Assembly: GCF_000020225.1 (NCBI RefSeq) | Contig: NC_010655.1 | Coordinates: 1,380,001 to 1,412,000 of the forward strand | Direction of reading: 5' to 3' | DNA: 32,000 bases | From: Akkermansia muciniphila ATCC BAA-835 | GTDB taxonomy: Bacteria > Verrucomicrobiota > Verrucomicrobiia > Verrucomicrobiales > Akkermansiaceae | Part shown: piece by piece, positions 16,126-25,416 of the stretch | Numbering within the stretch: the stretch's first letter is position 1 | Layout of the letters: every line of letters starts with the position of its first letter | The notes under the pieces: model-generated | What the model saw: only the letters and a program-made list of their open reading frames with translations | Databases searched by the model: none | Told to the model about the DNA's origin: nothing | Position numbers and translations under genes: made by a program

Positions 16126-18697
16126 ATTGATTGTTTTCTCCTGAAGGCCGGGAGCGCGTACCCCCCTGCCGCGGTTGTCCCCGGGGAAGCAGGCCGGTCC
16201 TGGTAAACAGAGCGTCCAGAACAAGGAGGACGCAGGTGCTCCACAGCAGGATGGGACGGAGTTGGAGGCTTGTTCCGGGCCTCGGTTCCCGGAAAATGGA
16301 GGGAAGGTCCATCCTTTCCCTGCCTCCGGTCCGGTTCACCAGGTCCAGGAAAGCGTTGCCGGATTCAGGCGGCATGGCCCATTCCGGGTCCACCTGCTGG
16401 CTGACAGGGCCGAAGGGGATAACGCTGCCGCCGATGCGGACCGCGCCCCGCGCCATGACTCCGTGCGGGAGGGGAAAGCTGCACTGGAATATTCCCGGCT
16501 GCAGGTGTTCCCAGATACCGTTTTGTGTACGGGAGCTTTCTTTTCCGGAGAGTTCCAGGGATATTTCCGGCATGCGTTCCGCCAGGCGCGGGATGTTTTC
16601 CTCACTGTAGTAAAGGCGAATCCGTAACCGGTCTCCTGCCGTGTCCGCCCGCACGGAGTATCCCTGTGGGGGATTTTTCCTGTTGAGCCACCGGGCCAGG
16701 GTTTGGATAAGGTCTCCGTAGCTATCCCATTGCTGGATGTTTTTTCCGAGTTCTCCTCCCATGGCGAACGTAACGGCGGCCGTCCGTCCCGTTCCCCTGT
16801 TCCAGAAGGAGACCAGGGGCGCCGCGTTTCCGTCTTCCGTTACGCAGGCTGCTGTTGCTCCATTCCTTAAATAACACAGGTTATAACCGTCTACGGCAGG
16901 GGGCCATTCCGGCTGGCCGGCTGCAATTTGAAGCCAGCCAGCCGTGCCGCGCAGGAGGGTACGTTCCCTGATGAAGGCGGCCCGGGCCACACTGACGGTT
17001 TCCTGTGCAAAGATGCTGGGGATATCCCCCGGACGGTCGCAGAAGAAGATGCGCCCCCGTCCCAATTCCGCTATTTCCCTGAGCAGTCCGGCATCGGCAC
17101 TTTTTTCCGTTCCCAGTGCGATGACGCTTACGGTAACCCCTTCCTTAACCATTTCTTTCAGAGTTTCCCGGTAGTCGGCAGGTTCTTCGGAATCGTCAGC
17201 ATCTGCAAAGAGGAGCAGATGCCGTGTTCCGGCCACGGAACGTTGCAGTTCCTGCCAGCCCGCTTTCAGCCCGGCGCCGATGAAGATTCCTCCGCCCATG
17301 GAGGCAATCCTGGAGACGCTGGATATCATTTTCTTCCGGTTAGGGCCCAGACTGCTTAGCGTGACAATAGGGTGCGGTTCGCTGTCCACGGCGTGGACGG
17401 AGATGAGATCCTGGTCGGACAACAGGGAAATGGTCTGGCAGGTTCCGGCATTGGCCAGATCCATTTTCGTCTTTCCTCCGGGAACGGAACAGGACATGGA
17501 TCCGGAACGGTCCAGAACGATGCTCATGGCCGTCATGAGCTTCATCTTGTCCTTCTTCATTTCCATGGAAACGGGGAGCAGTTCGTCAATGGGGGAGGAG
17601 AAGTATCCGCCGGAGCCGAAACTATGCCTGCCCCCGCACATGAGCAGGCCGCCGCCCTGTTCCCTCACGTAATAGTCCAGGGCATGCAGAAAGTCCGGCG
17701 GGACGGAGGATGCGGAGAGGTTGTTGATGATGACCAGCCCCACGCCGGAGAGGTGGCGGGCATCAAGCTGGTTCAGGCCGGACGGTTGTTGGACGCGGAA
17801 TCCCTGCGCTTCCAGGAAAGGCGCCAGGGGGTCGCGGTCGTAGCCGGAGAGCAGCAGGACGCCGTTTCCTCCCGTCACTTCAAGGAAGCTGACGGCACGG
17901 TTGTTTTCAGGGATTGGATCGTTTTGCGGCGTTATGGTCATTTCATAAGCGGAACAGCCGGGTGTGGAGAGCCTGTCCGCCAGCTGCACCGTGGCTTTGC
18001 CGTTGAGCAGGGTAGCCGTCCCCCGCAGCGGAGCCCCTCCGTTTTTGCTGATTTGCCACGGAACGGTGATGGCCGGGCCGGGAGGGCCTGCCAGGGTTGC
18101 TTCTAAAATAAAGGCTTCGCCGGGCCGGATACGCGCCGGGGTTCGGATTTGTTCTATGCGGATGTCCGCTTCCCGGAAGGTGACGGACAGGCGGTAGTCC
18201 ACCGGAATCCGGGACTGGATGAGCTGTTCCGCCGCCTGGTCCAGCGGCGTGGTGGGCCAGCCGTCCGTCAACATCAGGATGCGGTTCGTCCGGTTCGGGG
18301 ACATCAGGGCCATGGTATAGGCCAGGGCCTGTTCCATGTCCGTTCCGGCGGTTCCCCCGGCAAAGACGGGGTCTCCGCGTCCCCGGAGCACGGCGGATTG
18401 CGCGAAATCCACCAATCGGACGCGGTCCCCGGCATGTTTGTGCCGTTCCAGAATAGCCTGGATTTCCTCTGCCCCGGCTGCCGGAATTCCCGCCGTGGAA
18501 TTTGATCGGTCCACCAGCACCCACAAGTCCATGCCTTTGCCGCCCCTGTCAAGGGCAGGCTGAGCCAGGGCCAGCAGCAGGCAGGCCTGCAGAAGGAGGC
18601 GCAGGGGGGAGGCCAGGCGCAGACGCCTGTATTTCCAGCCTGCCGCCAGAAGCAGGGGGATCAGGAAGAACCATTCCGGGGTGTTGAATTGAATCAT
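16118..18697 (-). CDS. BatA_N - VWA - GATase1-like (DUF1355-type) - VWA multidomain membrane protein
   Basis: 859 aa. The N-terminus MIQFNTPEWFFLIPLLLAAGW is of the aerotolerance-regulator (BatA_N) type. VWA domain 1 has an intact MIDAS (VLVDRSNSTAG, MLTDGW). A GGGLLMCGGRHSFGSGGY segment is typical of the amidotransferase-like fold. VWA domain 2 also has an intact MIDAS (IVLDRSGSMS). There is a C-terminal TM helix. Its start overlaps the upstream stop (ATGA at 18694-18697). Confidence 0.85.
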   Translation of the reverse strand: MIQFNTPEWFFLIPLLLAAGWKYRRLRLASPLRLLLQACLLLALAQPALDRGGKGMDLWVLVDRSNSTAGIPAAGAEEIQAILERHKHAGDRVRLVDFAQSAVLRGRGDPVFAGGTAGTDMEQALAYTMALMSPNRTNRILMLTDGWPTTPLDQAAEQLIQSRIPVDYRLSVTFREADIRIEQIRTPARIRPGEAFILEATLAGPPGPAITVPWQISKNGGAPLRGTATLLNGKATVQLADRLSTPGCSAYEMTITPQNDPIPENNRAVSFLEVTGGNGVLLLSGYDRDPLAPFLEAQGFRVQQPSGLNQLDARHLSGVGLVIINNLSASSVPPDFLHALDYYVREQGGGLLMCGGRHSFGSGGYFSSPIDELLPVSMEMKKDKMKLMTAMSIVLDRSGSMSCSVPGGKTKMDLANAGTCQTISLLSDQDLISVHAVDSEPHPIVTLSSLGPNRKKMISSVSRIASMGGGIFIGAGLKAGWQELQRSVAGTRHLLLFADADDSEEPADYRETLKEMVKEGVTVSVIALGTEKSADAGLLREIAELGRGRIFFCDRPGDIPSIFAQETVSVARAAFIRERTLLRGTAGWLQIAAGQPEWPPAVDGYNLCYLRNGATAACVTEDGNAAPLVSFWNRGTGRTAAVTFAMGGELGKNIQQWDSYGDLIQTLARWLNRKNPPQGYSVRADTAGDRLRIRLYYSEENIPRLAERMPEISLELSGKESSRTQNGIWEHLQPGIFQCSFPLPHGVMARGAVRIGGSVIPFGPVSQQVDPEWAMPPESGNAFLDLVNRTGGRERMDLPSIFREPRPGTSLQLRPILLWSTCVLLVLDALFTRTGLLPRGQPRQGGTRSRPSGENNQSI

Positions 18698-20421
18698 GGG
18701 CGCAGGGAGATGTCTGGGACGGGAGGAAGCCAGGAAAGAATCAGGGCCAGGAACGCCAGCGCCAGCCAGAGGGGGGCCAGAGGGTCACGTTTCATGTGCC
18801 GGAGCGCCTCTTCATGGGGCTGGGGAAGTCCTGTGTCAAACGTGGAGCAGTGGGAAAAATCTCCCATCCGGGCGTCGGAGAACCAGACGGAGCCTTGGAA
18901 CAGGGGTGTTTTCCCTTCTCCGGGGGGGAAGATTTCCACATATCCGGTTTCTTCCGGGAGCCTGCCGTTAAAGACAGTTTCACGGCGTTCTCCCCCGGGC
19001 ATGGTTTGAATGAGTTTTCCGCCTGCGGGCATGGATAAGAGAGTTCCTCCGGGAAGGTTGCCGTAATGTGTTCCGGGCAGATTCTCCTGTACGGATTGCA
19101 TGAATCTGCGGGTCATGAGCAAGGGCGCCGGAACGCGGTCCGCATTGGATTTTTCCCAGGGCCAGTTGAGGAAAAGGCGTTTCCCGTCCACCCAGGCCAG
19201 GGGGGATTCCCCCTGCCAGAGCAGGACTCCGGCTTTTTCCCCCGGCTTCATGGAACCGATGGAGGGGATGAGCAGGCCGCTCCAGTTCAGCCCGTCAGTC
19301 AGCGGATGCCGTTCCGCCGTGACAGCGCCGTAAGATGGTTTGCCGCTGGCTGCAAATATGATGGCCGCTTTTCCGGGGGGACTGGCATTTTCCGTTTTTC
19401 CCTCCAGCAGGAGGAGGTCGGGATCTGAGCCGTCCGGGACGGGGGAGAATCCCGGCAGGCTATTGATGATATTGCGGAAGATTTTTCCGGATTTTTCTGG
19501 AATTTCCATGCTGACGGCGACGGGGGCGGGAGCGGAGCGGACCAGCAGGAGCTCATTGTCCGCCGGGAAGGCGTCCGTCGGGAGCCGGAGCACGGCCTTT
19601 CCGCTTTCAGGAGGGAGGCTGTATTCAAATTCCGTGACAGTTCCTGGATTCAGGAACAGGGAACGCCGGGCAGGAGGACGCCCGCTTTCCGTATGGATGG
19701 AGATTTCGCTCCGAAGAGGGGATGGGCTATTGTTTTTAACGGCAATCCTCCAATGGCCGGGGCCGGCGGCCTCCACCGGGGTTATTCCCGCAAAACCCGC
19801 ATTTTCCAGAGGTTTCCCTACACCCCGTGCGGATTGGCCGGCGGGAACCCTCCGGGCAGTGGATGTAATCAGGCGCGTGATTCCCGTTGGCCCGGCAACG
19901 GCTGTGGCGGTGCGCAGGGCAGGGGCCAGGTCATGTGTTCCTTCGCGCGGCTGCCAGAGATCCAGGGCGCGCAGGGCCTGGCGGACGGACGGCCCCCGGT
20001 AGAGCGGCTGTCCGGAAGCCCTGCTGCCCATGAGAACCCATGTGACCGGGATTCCGCACCGGAGGATGGTGTCCATGTCTTCGGAGACGGCATTCACGGC
20101 TTCTTGACGAAAGGGGGCCATATTTGCGGAATCATCCAGAATGAAGACTACGGTCTGGCCGGAGCCTTTGCCGGGCCAGACAGGAGCGGCCAGAACCCAG
20201 GTAAGCAGGAGGACGGCCAGAATTTGCATCCAGAAGGAGCGTGATATGCGTAACCTGTCCCAGGCATTACCCTCATGGGCCTCCGGAGCCAGAGCTTCCA
20301 ACAGGAAGAGCGTGGCCGTGGCCTGTGTTTTTGTTTTGTGCTGGAGGAAATGGATGGCGGTGATGAGGGGGATGGCCAGAAGCGCCCAGAACGCGGTCGT
20401 GTTGGTGAAGTGGGGGAGCAT
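18694..20421 (-). CDS. BatA_N (aerotolerance-regulator N-terminal) domain membrane protein with a VWA-like region
   Basis: The preferred start at 20421 (MLPHFTNTTAFWALLAIPLITAIHFL) matches the BatA_N pattern; the track's start at 20469 would overlap the DUF58 gene. A second TM helix follows, then VVFILDDSANM, a degenerate DxSxS motif. Confidence 0.8.
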   Translation of the reverse strand: MLPHFTNTTAFWALLAIPLITAIHFLQHKTKTQATATLFLLEALAPEAHEGNAWDRLRISRSFWMQILAVLLLTWVLAAPVWPGKGSGQTVVFILDDSANMAPFRQEAVNAVSEDMDTILRCGIPVTWVLMGSRASGQPLYRGPSVRQALRALDLWQPREGTHDLAPALRTATAVAGPTGITRLITSTARRVPAGQSARGVGKPLENAGFAGITPVEAAGPGHWRIAVKNNSPSPLRSEISIHTESGRPPARRSLFLNPGTVTEFEYSLPPESGKAVLRLPTDAFPADNELLLVRSAPAPVAVSMEIPEKSGKIFRNIINSLPGFSPVPDGSDPDLLLLEGKTENASPPGKAAIIFAASGKPSYGAVTAERHPLTDGLNWSGLLIPSIGSMKPGEKAGVLLWQGESPLAWVDGKRLFLNWPWEKSNADRVPAPLLMTRRFMQSVQENLPGTHYGNLPGGTLLSMPAGGKLIQTMPGGERRETVFNGRLPEETGYVEIFPPGEGKTPLFQGSVWFSDARMGDFSHCSTFDTGLPQPHEEALRHMKRDPLAPLWLALAFLALILSWLPPVPDISLRP

Positions 20422-20449
20422 GGCTTGGGGGGAGAGTAAAGGGTGCGGT

Positions 20450-21319
20450 TCAGGAGAGTTCCACGGCACCCTGCCGTAATGCTTCTCCGGACAGGGCTTC
20501 CGTCAGCGTCCCCTTGCAGGGGATGCGGGCAAGAACGGCCTGGCGGCGCAGGCAGGCAGAAATCCAGAGTTCAAAATGGGCGGCGTAGGCGCGGGCGTAC
20601 CTCCGGGACAGGGAAGGGGTGATGAGCTGGCGGCGCAGGTGGCCGGATTCACAGTTTTTGAGTCTGGCGTTGCCGGCGGGGAGTTCCGCTTCTTCCTGCA
20701 GCGTGGGTGCCAGGATGACGGACATCCCTTTTAAGGAGGCCATGGTTTCCAGAAGGTTGTCCGGTTCCCCCGGGTAGAGCAGGTCGGAGATGAAGATTTT
20801 CATTCCATTGGGGCGCCAGATGGAAATGGAGGGCATGGATTCATCCGGGGGAAGGCTCTGGATCTGCGCTTCCCATTGGCCGGAGAGAACATCTTCCTGG
20901 TCCAGGGGGATGATACGGCGCCCTTTCACCGCATGAATCTTCACCTGGGCTCCCGTTCCGATGGCGGAGAGCAGGCAAAATTGAAGCAGGCCCCGCGTGC
21001 GTGCCGCGCGCTCTTCGTGAAAAAACATGGATTCGGAAACATCTACCGCCACGTCTACCTGCGGTGACAGTTCCGCCCGGAAGATTTTCATGGTGAGCTG
21101 GCCGGTTCTGGCGTACGCCGCCCAATGGATATCCCGCGGGTCATCCCCCCACTGGTAGGAACGGCTTCCCTGGAAATCGATGGAGTTGCCTGCTCCCGTT
21201 CCCTCCCAATGGCCCTGTGTTCCTTTCCAGGCGCAGCAGGAAAAGGGCAGCCGGAGACGGCGCGCCGCCTGTTCGGCGTCCGGCTGGATCACCTGGCTGG
21301 GGAAGGGGAAAGAGGTCAT
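20450..21319 (-). CDS. DUF58 domain protein
   Basis: DUF58 core: GAGNSIDFQGSRSYQWGDDPRDIHWAAYARTGQLTMKIFRAE...VDVAVDVSESM. The start at 21319 (MTSFPFPSQ...) avoids a 71-nt overlap with the upstream permease gene that the track's start at 21424 would create. Confidence 0.85.
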   Translation of the reverse strand: MTSFPFPSQVIQPDAEQAARRLRLPFSCCAWKGTQGHWEGTGAGNSIDFQGSRSYQWGDDPRDIHWAAYARTGQLTMKIFRAELSPQVDVAVDVSESMFFHEERAARTRGLLQFCLLSAIGTGAQVKIHAVKGRRIIPLDQEDVLSGQWEAQIQSLPPDESMPSISIWRPNGMKIFISDLLYPGEPDNLLETMASLKGMSVILAPTLQEEAELPAGNARLKNCESGHLRRQLITPSLSRRYARAYAAHFELWISACLRRQAVLARIPCKGTLTEALSGEALRQGAVELS

Positions 21320-21353
21320 GGGGATGGGGGGGAGGCAAAACGGCGGGCAAGAA

Positions 21354-22802
21354 CTATTCCCGTTCCCGGCGGGAATTTCCCGGTTTCTGGAGAGGTTCGG
21401 GGGATGCGTTCCGGAATATGTCAAACCAGTGTTTGCTGGTGAGAGCCAGCACCGCTATTCCGGCAGCCAGGTCCATCAGGCTGAACAGGGAAAATTTGCT
21501 GAAAGCCGGCAATGTTTCTTGTCTCAAAAGTTCAGATAAATACCCTCCGGGGAGAAGGGGGACGGACAGATTCACGCCCCACAGCACGTTTTGCACCAGG
21601 CATAGGATGAGGCAGATCATGGTGTACGTCAGTAGGGTATTGTTTTTCAGTTTTTCCCAGAACGGTTTCAGAAGCATGGCCGGCATGGTGATGGCGTACC
21701 AGCCGCCTGCTGCGAGGCAAAAGAGCCGTTGAGGGGACTGGAATTCGGGGACGGATGCCATGCGGTCTATCAGATACACGGCGATAGCCGCCATGGCGCA
21801 GAGCAACAGGGTGAACAGGACGCTCCCCGGCATGCCGGGGAGGAACAGCAGCTGCTGGAGCCTGGAGAATCTTTTGTTTTTCATTTGCTCCATGTGGATG
21901 GGAAGGAGGCGGGCAGGCGTGTTCAGGTTGATAATCATCAGGAAAATTCCGTAAACCATGACAAAAATGGAATTTCCGGTCATGATGTTTTGAATGGAGC
22001 CGCTTGCGTTTTCCAGAAAGGGGAGGGGGAGGATGGAGGCTGCGAAAAAAGCCAGCAGAAGCTTCCGCAGGGGGGCGGCCGTGTTTTGTGCGGCAGGGGA
22101 GAACCATTCCCTTGCCAGCAGAAGCAGGGATGAGATGACCAGGAAGGCGTCCGCCAGGACGAGGAATATCAGGAGAACGCCTTCTCCCGCTCCATCCCGG
22201 AAAAAATCCAGCTCCGCATGGTTGCCTCCCAGGGTCAATATACCGATTCCCATGAGGGAGAAAGCGATGATGCGCATCAGAGAGGGCATGGCGGACGCCC
22301 ACAGGGTATATGCAGTCAGCATGCCGGAACCCAGGTAAAGGAGGAAAAACAGGGTTACATCCTGTACCAGGTCAATTTCTCCGTAGTAATACCGGATGAG
22401 AAAGAAGGGCAGGGAGATAAAGGCAATCAGCAGGGATTGGGCCATGAAGGATATCCATTTTCCCAGCACGATGCGGCCTGCGCTCTGCCTGGTGAGCAGC
22501 AGCAGTTCGTTGTTTCGGGTGAGCAGTTCGTTCCTGATGGAGGTGGAGGCCCTCAGCGGCATGATGAAGAGCAGGGCGACGACCATGGTAACCCAGAAGA
22601 TGATCTGGCATCCGTCGGGGCTGACGAAGGGCTCCCCGTCAAGAGGATTGATGATGAAGCTGAACAGGAAGAAAAAGGAGAGCAGGGAGGGCACTATGCT
22701 GACCAGGAGGATGAATGACGGCGTTCTGAGACCCTGGCGCAATTCCTTGACCAGAGCGGAGGGCATCCATATGGGGAAATCAAGAGAGCGGGTGGTATTC
22801 AT
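21354..22802 (-). CDS. Polytopic membrane protein, presumed permease partner of the adjacent ABC ATPase
   Basis: 482 aa and hydrophobic throughout (roughly 10-12 predicted helices by eye). Its start overlaps the ABC ATPase stop (ATGA at 22799-22802). No specific family was recognised. Confidence 0.75.
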   Translation of the reverse strand: MNTTRSLDFPIWMPSALVKELRQGLRTPSFILLVSIVPSLLSFFFLFSFIINPLDGEPFVSPDGCQIIFWVTMVVALLFIMPLRASTSIRNELLTRNNELLLLTRQSAGRIVLGKWISFMAQSLLIAFISLPFFLIRYYYGEIDLVQDVTLFFLLYLGSGMLTAYTLWASAMPSLMRIIAFSLMGIGILTLGGNHAELDFFRDGAGEGVLLIFLVLADAFLVISSLLLLAREWFSPAAQNTAAPLRKLLLAFFAASILPLPFLENASGSIQNIMTGNSIFVMVYGIFLMIINLNTPARLLPIHMEQMKNKRFSRLQQLLFLPGMPGSVLFTLLLCAMAAIAVYLIDRMASVPEFQSPQRLFCLAAGGWYAITMPAMLLKPFWEKLKNNTLLTYTMICLILCLVQNVLWGVNLSVPLLPGGYLSELLRQETLPAFSKFSLFSLMDLAAGIAVLALTSKHWFDIFRNASPEPLQKPGNSRRERE

Positions 22803-23806
22803 GAGGCGGGGATGGATGGGGTTTCCTGGGAAGAGGCGGGATTCTGCCGCGGGGCCGGTTCCCCGCTGCCGTGGATAAGGATGTCCACAAAAGCTTCTTC
22901 CAGACGGCGTTCGCTACGGTGGAAATCAATTACGGGGAGGTCGAGGCAGAGCTGGCGGAGTTCCGCAGCCACAGCTTCCGGTTCGCAGGAGACGAAGGCG
23001 GCCACTACTTTCTGTTGCTGTACATGGCGCACTTTCCATCCCCGGCGGAGGGCCAGCCATTCCTCCAGTGAGGCGGTGTCGTCTCCGGCGGTGCGGATTT
23101 CAAAGGCGTATCCGGATTCCGTCTGGCGGTGCAGCAGGTCTTCCATATTGCCGTCATGGATGACGGTTCCTGCATTCATGAAGATGAGGGCGTCGCACAT
23201 TTCCCCCAGTTCCGAGAGAATATGGGAGCTGATGAGCAGCGTTTTTCCACGCGCTTTGAGCAGATGCACCAGATTTTTGAATTCAAGGCGCGCTTTGGGG
23301 TCCAATCCTGCCGCCGGTTCGTCCAGAATGAGGAATTGCGCGTCGCTGATCAGCGTACGCGCCAGGCAGAGCCGCTGCGTCTGCCCTTTTGAAAGTTTAT
23401 CGATCATCTGGTTCTGGAGGCCGGCCAGTTCCGTGAAGTCCATCACTTCGTCCACAGCGTCCAGTAAACGTTCCCTGCCCATGCCGCAGGCCCTGGCGAA
23501 AAAATCCAGATATTCCCGGACGCTGGTGTTTTTATAGGGGTGGAAATAGTCCGGCATCCATCCGATGCGGGAACGTGCCAGTTCGGGATGATCCACAACA
23601 TCGGCCCCGTTGAGCCTGATGTGGCCGGAGTCAGGCATTTCCAGCGTGGCCAGCATGCGCATGAGGGTGGTTTTGCCGGCTCCGTTGGAGCCAATCAGGC
23701 CGACGACCTGGCCCTGGCGGATGACGAAGGAGGCATTGTTGACGGCTTTCAGCGGACCGAATGATTTGGACAGTCCGGAAACTTCCAGCAGTAGGGGCGT
23801 ACTCAT
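22799..23806 (-). CDS. ABC transporter ATP-binding protein (ABC-2/exporter-like) with a ~100-aa C-terminal extension
   Basis: Walker A GSNGAGKTT, signature LSKGQTQRL, Walker B FLILDEPAAGLD, H-loop SSHIL. Confidence 0.93.
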   Translation of the reverse strand: MSTPLLLEVSGLSKSFGPLKAVNNASFVIRQGQVVGLIGSNGAGKTTLMRMLATLEMPDSGHIRLNGADVVDHPELARSRIGWMPDYFHPYKNTSVREYLDFFARACGMGRERLLDAVDEVMDFTELAGLQNQMIDKLSKGQTQRLCLARTLISDAQFLILDEPAAGLDPKARLEFKNLVHLLKARGKTLLISSHILSELGEMCDALIFMNAGTVIHDGNMEDLLHRQTESGYAFEIRTAGDDTASLEEWLALRRGWKVRHVQQQKVVAAFVSCEPEAVAAELRQLCLDLPVIDFHRSERRLEEAFVDILIHGSGEPAPRQNPASSQETPSIPAS

Positions 23807-23808
23807 GG

Positions 23809-25392
23809 TTATTCGTGCGGCAGGGGAGTGACGGGGCCGGAGACGGTGACGGAGGTTTTTTCCCAGTTAATGGAAGGCAGGGTGGGGATGGGGCCCAGTT
23901 CCCCGCCCGCCGGTTCCATGGATGCCCGGAAGTGCAGCGGGGGAGGGCCGTCCGGTTCTTCTTCCGGCAGGAACGGGGATGCCTGCATTTTACGGCCGGG
24001 AGGCAGTTGTTCAAGAATCCAGTATTTTCCGGAGGCGTCCCGGTAGGTGAGTCCGTTCAGGGTTCCGGGAAAGGTGCTTTGGAATACGGGCGCCCCGCCG
24101 GGGCGCGTCTCCAGCAGAGTGAGCGCCGCCCGTGTGGAAACCGGCATGATGATCCGGTGCTGGAGCGTGGAGCGGCTGGTGAACCATTTTCCCCCGCATT
24201 CTTCCCCTTGCCGCGCCGCGCCTTCTATGGGTTTTTCCTTAATGGAGCCGCGCGCCTTGCTCATGCGTGCTCCGGTGATGCCGGCGTTTTCCGGCAATTG
24301 AAATGTATTGTTCAGCAGGACGGAGGTCTTGCAAATCTGGTTTTGGGAGATCAGGGCGGAGTGGTCCTGCGGATTAACCTGGATAAGAACTTCCCGGCTG
24401 CCCGTCCCTCCCGTGCCGTCTCCGGCCAGAATCAGGAGCAGCAGAAGAAGGGAAAATCCCACGGAAATGGCCGGGATCAGCAGGAACAGCCTTTGCCTTT
24501 TGCCTGCGGGAGCCCACAGGAACAGGCTCAGCGGGCCGACAAGCACGGCAAAGATGATCAGCCCCAGCCCCAGCGTGGTGGATGGGGCTGAGAAATAATA
24601 GGGAGCGGCGGAGGTAATCTCCGGGTAACAGTTTCCCTTTTCGTGGAGGTTGATGAATTCCTTCAGTTTCAACTTTTTTTCTTCTTCCGGCAGGCCGTCC
24701 AGGGACGGAACGTGCAGAATGCGCCCGTTTCCCAGCAACCGGGTGGAAACGGAAAGCCCCCTGTCACCGATGAGCCACAGGTTTCCCCCTCCCGTCACCC
24801 ATTGGCGGATGGCTTTGCGGTGGGCTTCGTCAAAATGGGTACGGTAGGTTTTTTCCGGGATGATGAGGCAGGTCTGCCCCTCGTACATCCGGTAGTCGGC
24901 TGGCCATTTCATCAGGTCGCAGGAGGAAACGGCCGCGTTATAGGAAGATTCGGAAAGCAGGTGCCAGTCCGCCGGAGCGCCTTCCTGGATAACCGCGACC
25001 ATTTTCCTGTGCTCCGTATCCGTGGGAATGGGGGAAGCTCCTTCATGGTTTTCCTTCACTTCGTAGACGAGATTGTAGGAGAGGAGAGGGTAAACGACTG
25101 CATGAACGCTTTCCCGGGCCGGAATGAAGAACGGATAAGTATGGCTGGTTCCCCTGTTTCCGTTCCACCCTTCATGGAATTGAAGAGTGGCTTTTCTGTC
25201 CGAGCCGGTGGTGTTTTCCAGCTTCACCCGGAGAGGGACGCGGGCGTTGTTCGCGCTGTAGTCAAATGCTTTCTCCACGGAAACGGCGATGGGGGGAGCG
25301 GCGGCCGGTTTTGCGTGGAGCGGGAGAATATTGAATGCCGAAAGAAGGAAGAGGCTGAAGAACAGCCATGAACGGGAGAGAGGGCGGCGCAT
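23809..25392 (-). CDS. Unknown envelope protein: signal peptide, ~270-aa domain, two TM helices, ~190-aa domain (possibly GldG/ABC-auxiliary or DUF4350-like)
   Basis: 527 aa. Signal peptide: MRRPLSRSWLFFSLFLLSAFNILPLHA. The central hairpin of TM helices is LGLGLIIFAVLVGPLSLFLWA / LFLLIPAISVGFSLLLLLLILAG. The WVTGGGNLWLIGD segment resembles amidotransferase-like auxiliary domains. Its stop is 2 nt before the ABC ATPase start. Confidence 0.75.
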   Translation of the reverse strand: MRRPLSRSWLFFSLFLLSAFNILPLHAKPAAAPPIAVSVEKAFDYSANNARVPLRVKLENTTGSDRKATLQFHEGWNGNRGTSHTYPFFIPARESVHAVVYPLLSYNLVYEVKENHEGASPIPTDTEHRKMVAVIQEGAPADWHLLSESSYNAAVSSCDLMKWPADYRMYEGQTCLIIPEKTYRTHFDEAHRKAIRQWVTGGGNLWLIGDRGLSVSTRLLGNGRILHVPSLDGLPEEEKKLKLKEFINLHEKGNCYPEITSAAPYYFSAPSTTLGLGLIIFAVLVGPLSLFLWAPAGKRQRLFLLIPAISVGFSLLLLLLILAGDGTGGTGSREVLIQVNPQDHSALISQNQICKTSVLLNNTFQLPENAGITGARMSKARGSIKEKPIEGAARQGEECGGKWFTSRSTLQHRIIMPVSTRAALTLLETRPGGAPVFQSTFPGTLNGLTYRDASGKYWILEQLPPGRKMQASPFLPEEEPDGPPPLHFRASMEPAGGELGPIPTLPSINWEKTSVTVSGPVTPLPHE

Positions 25393-25416
25393 GGGGGAAG
25401 GGCTGAGGAGGTGTGG

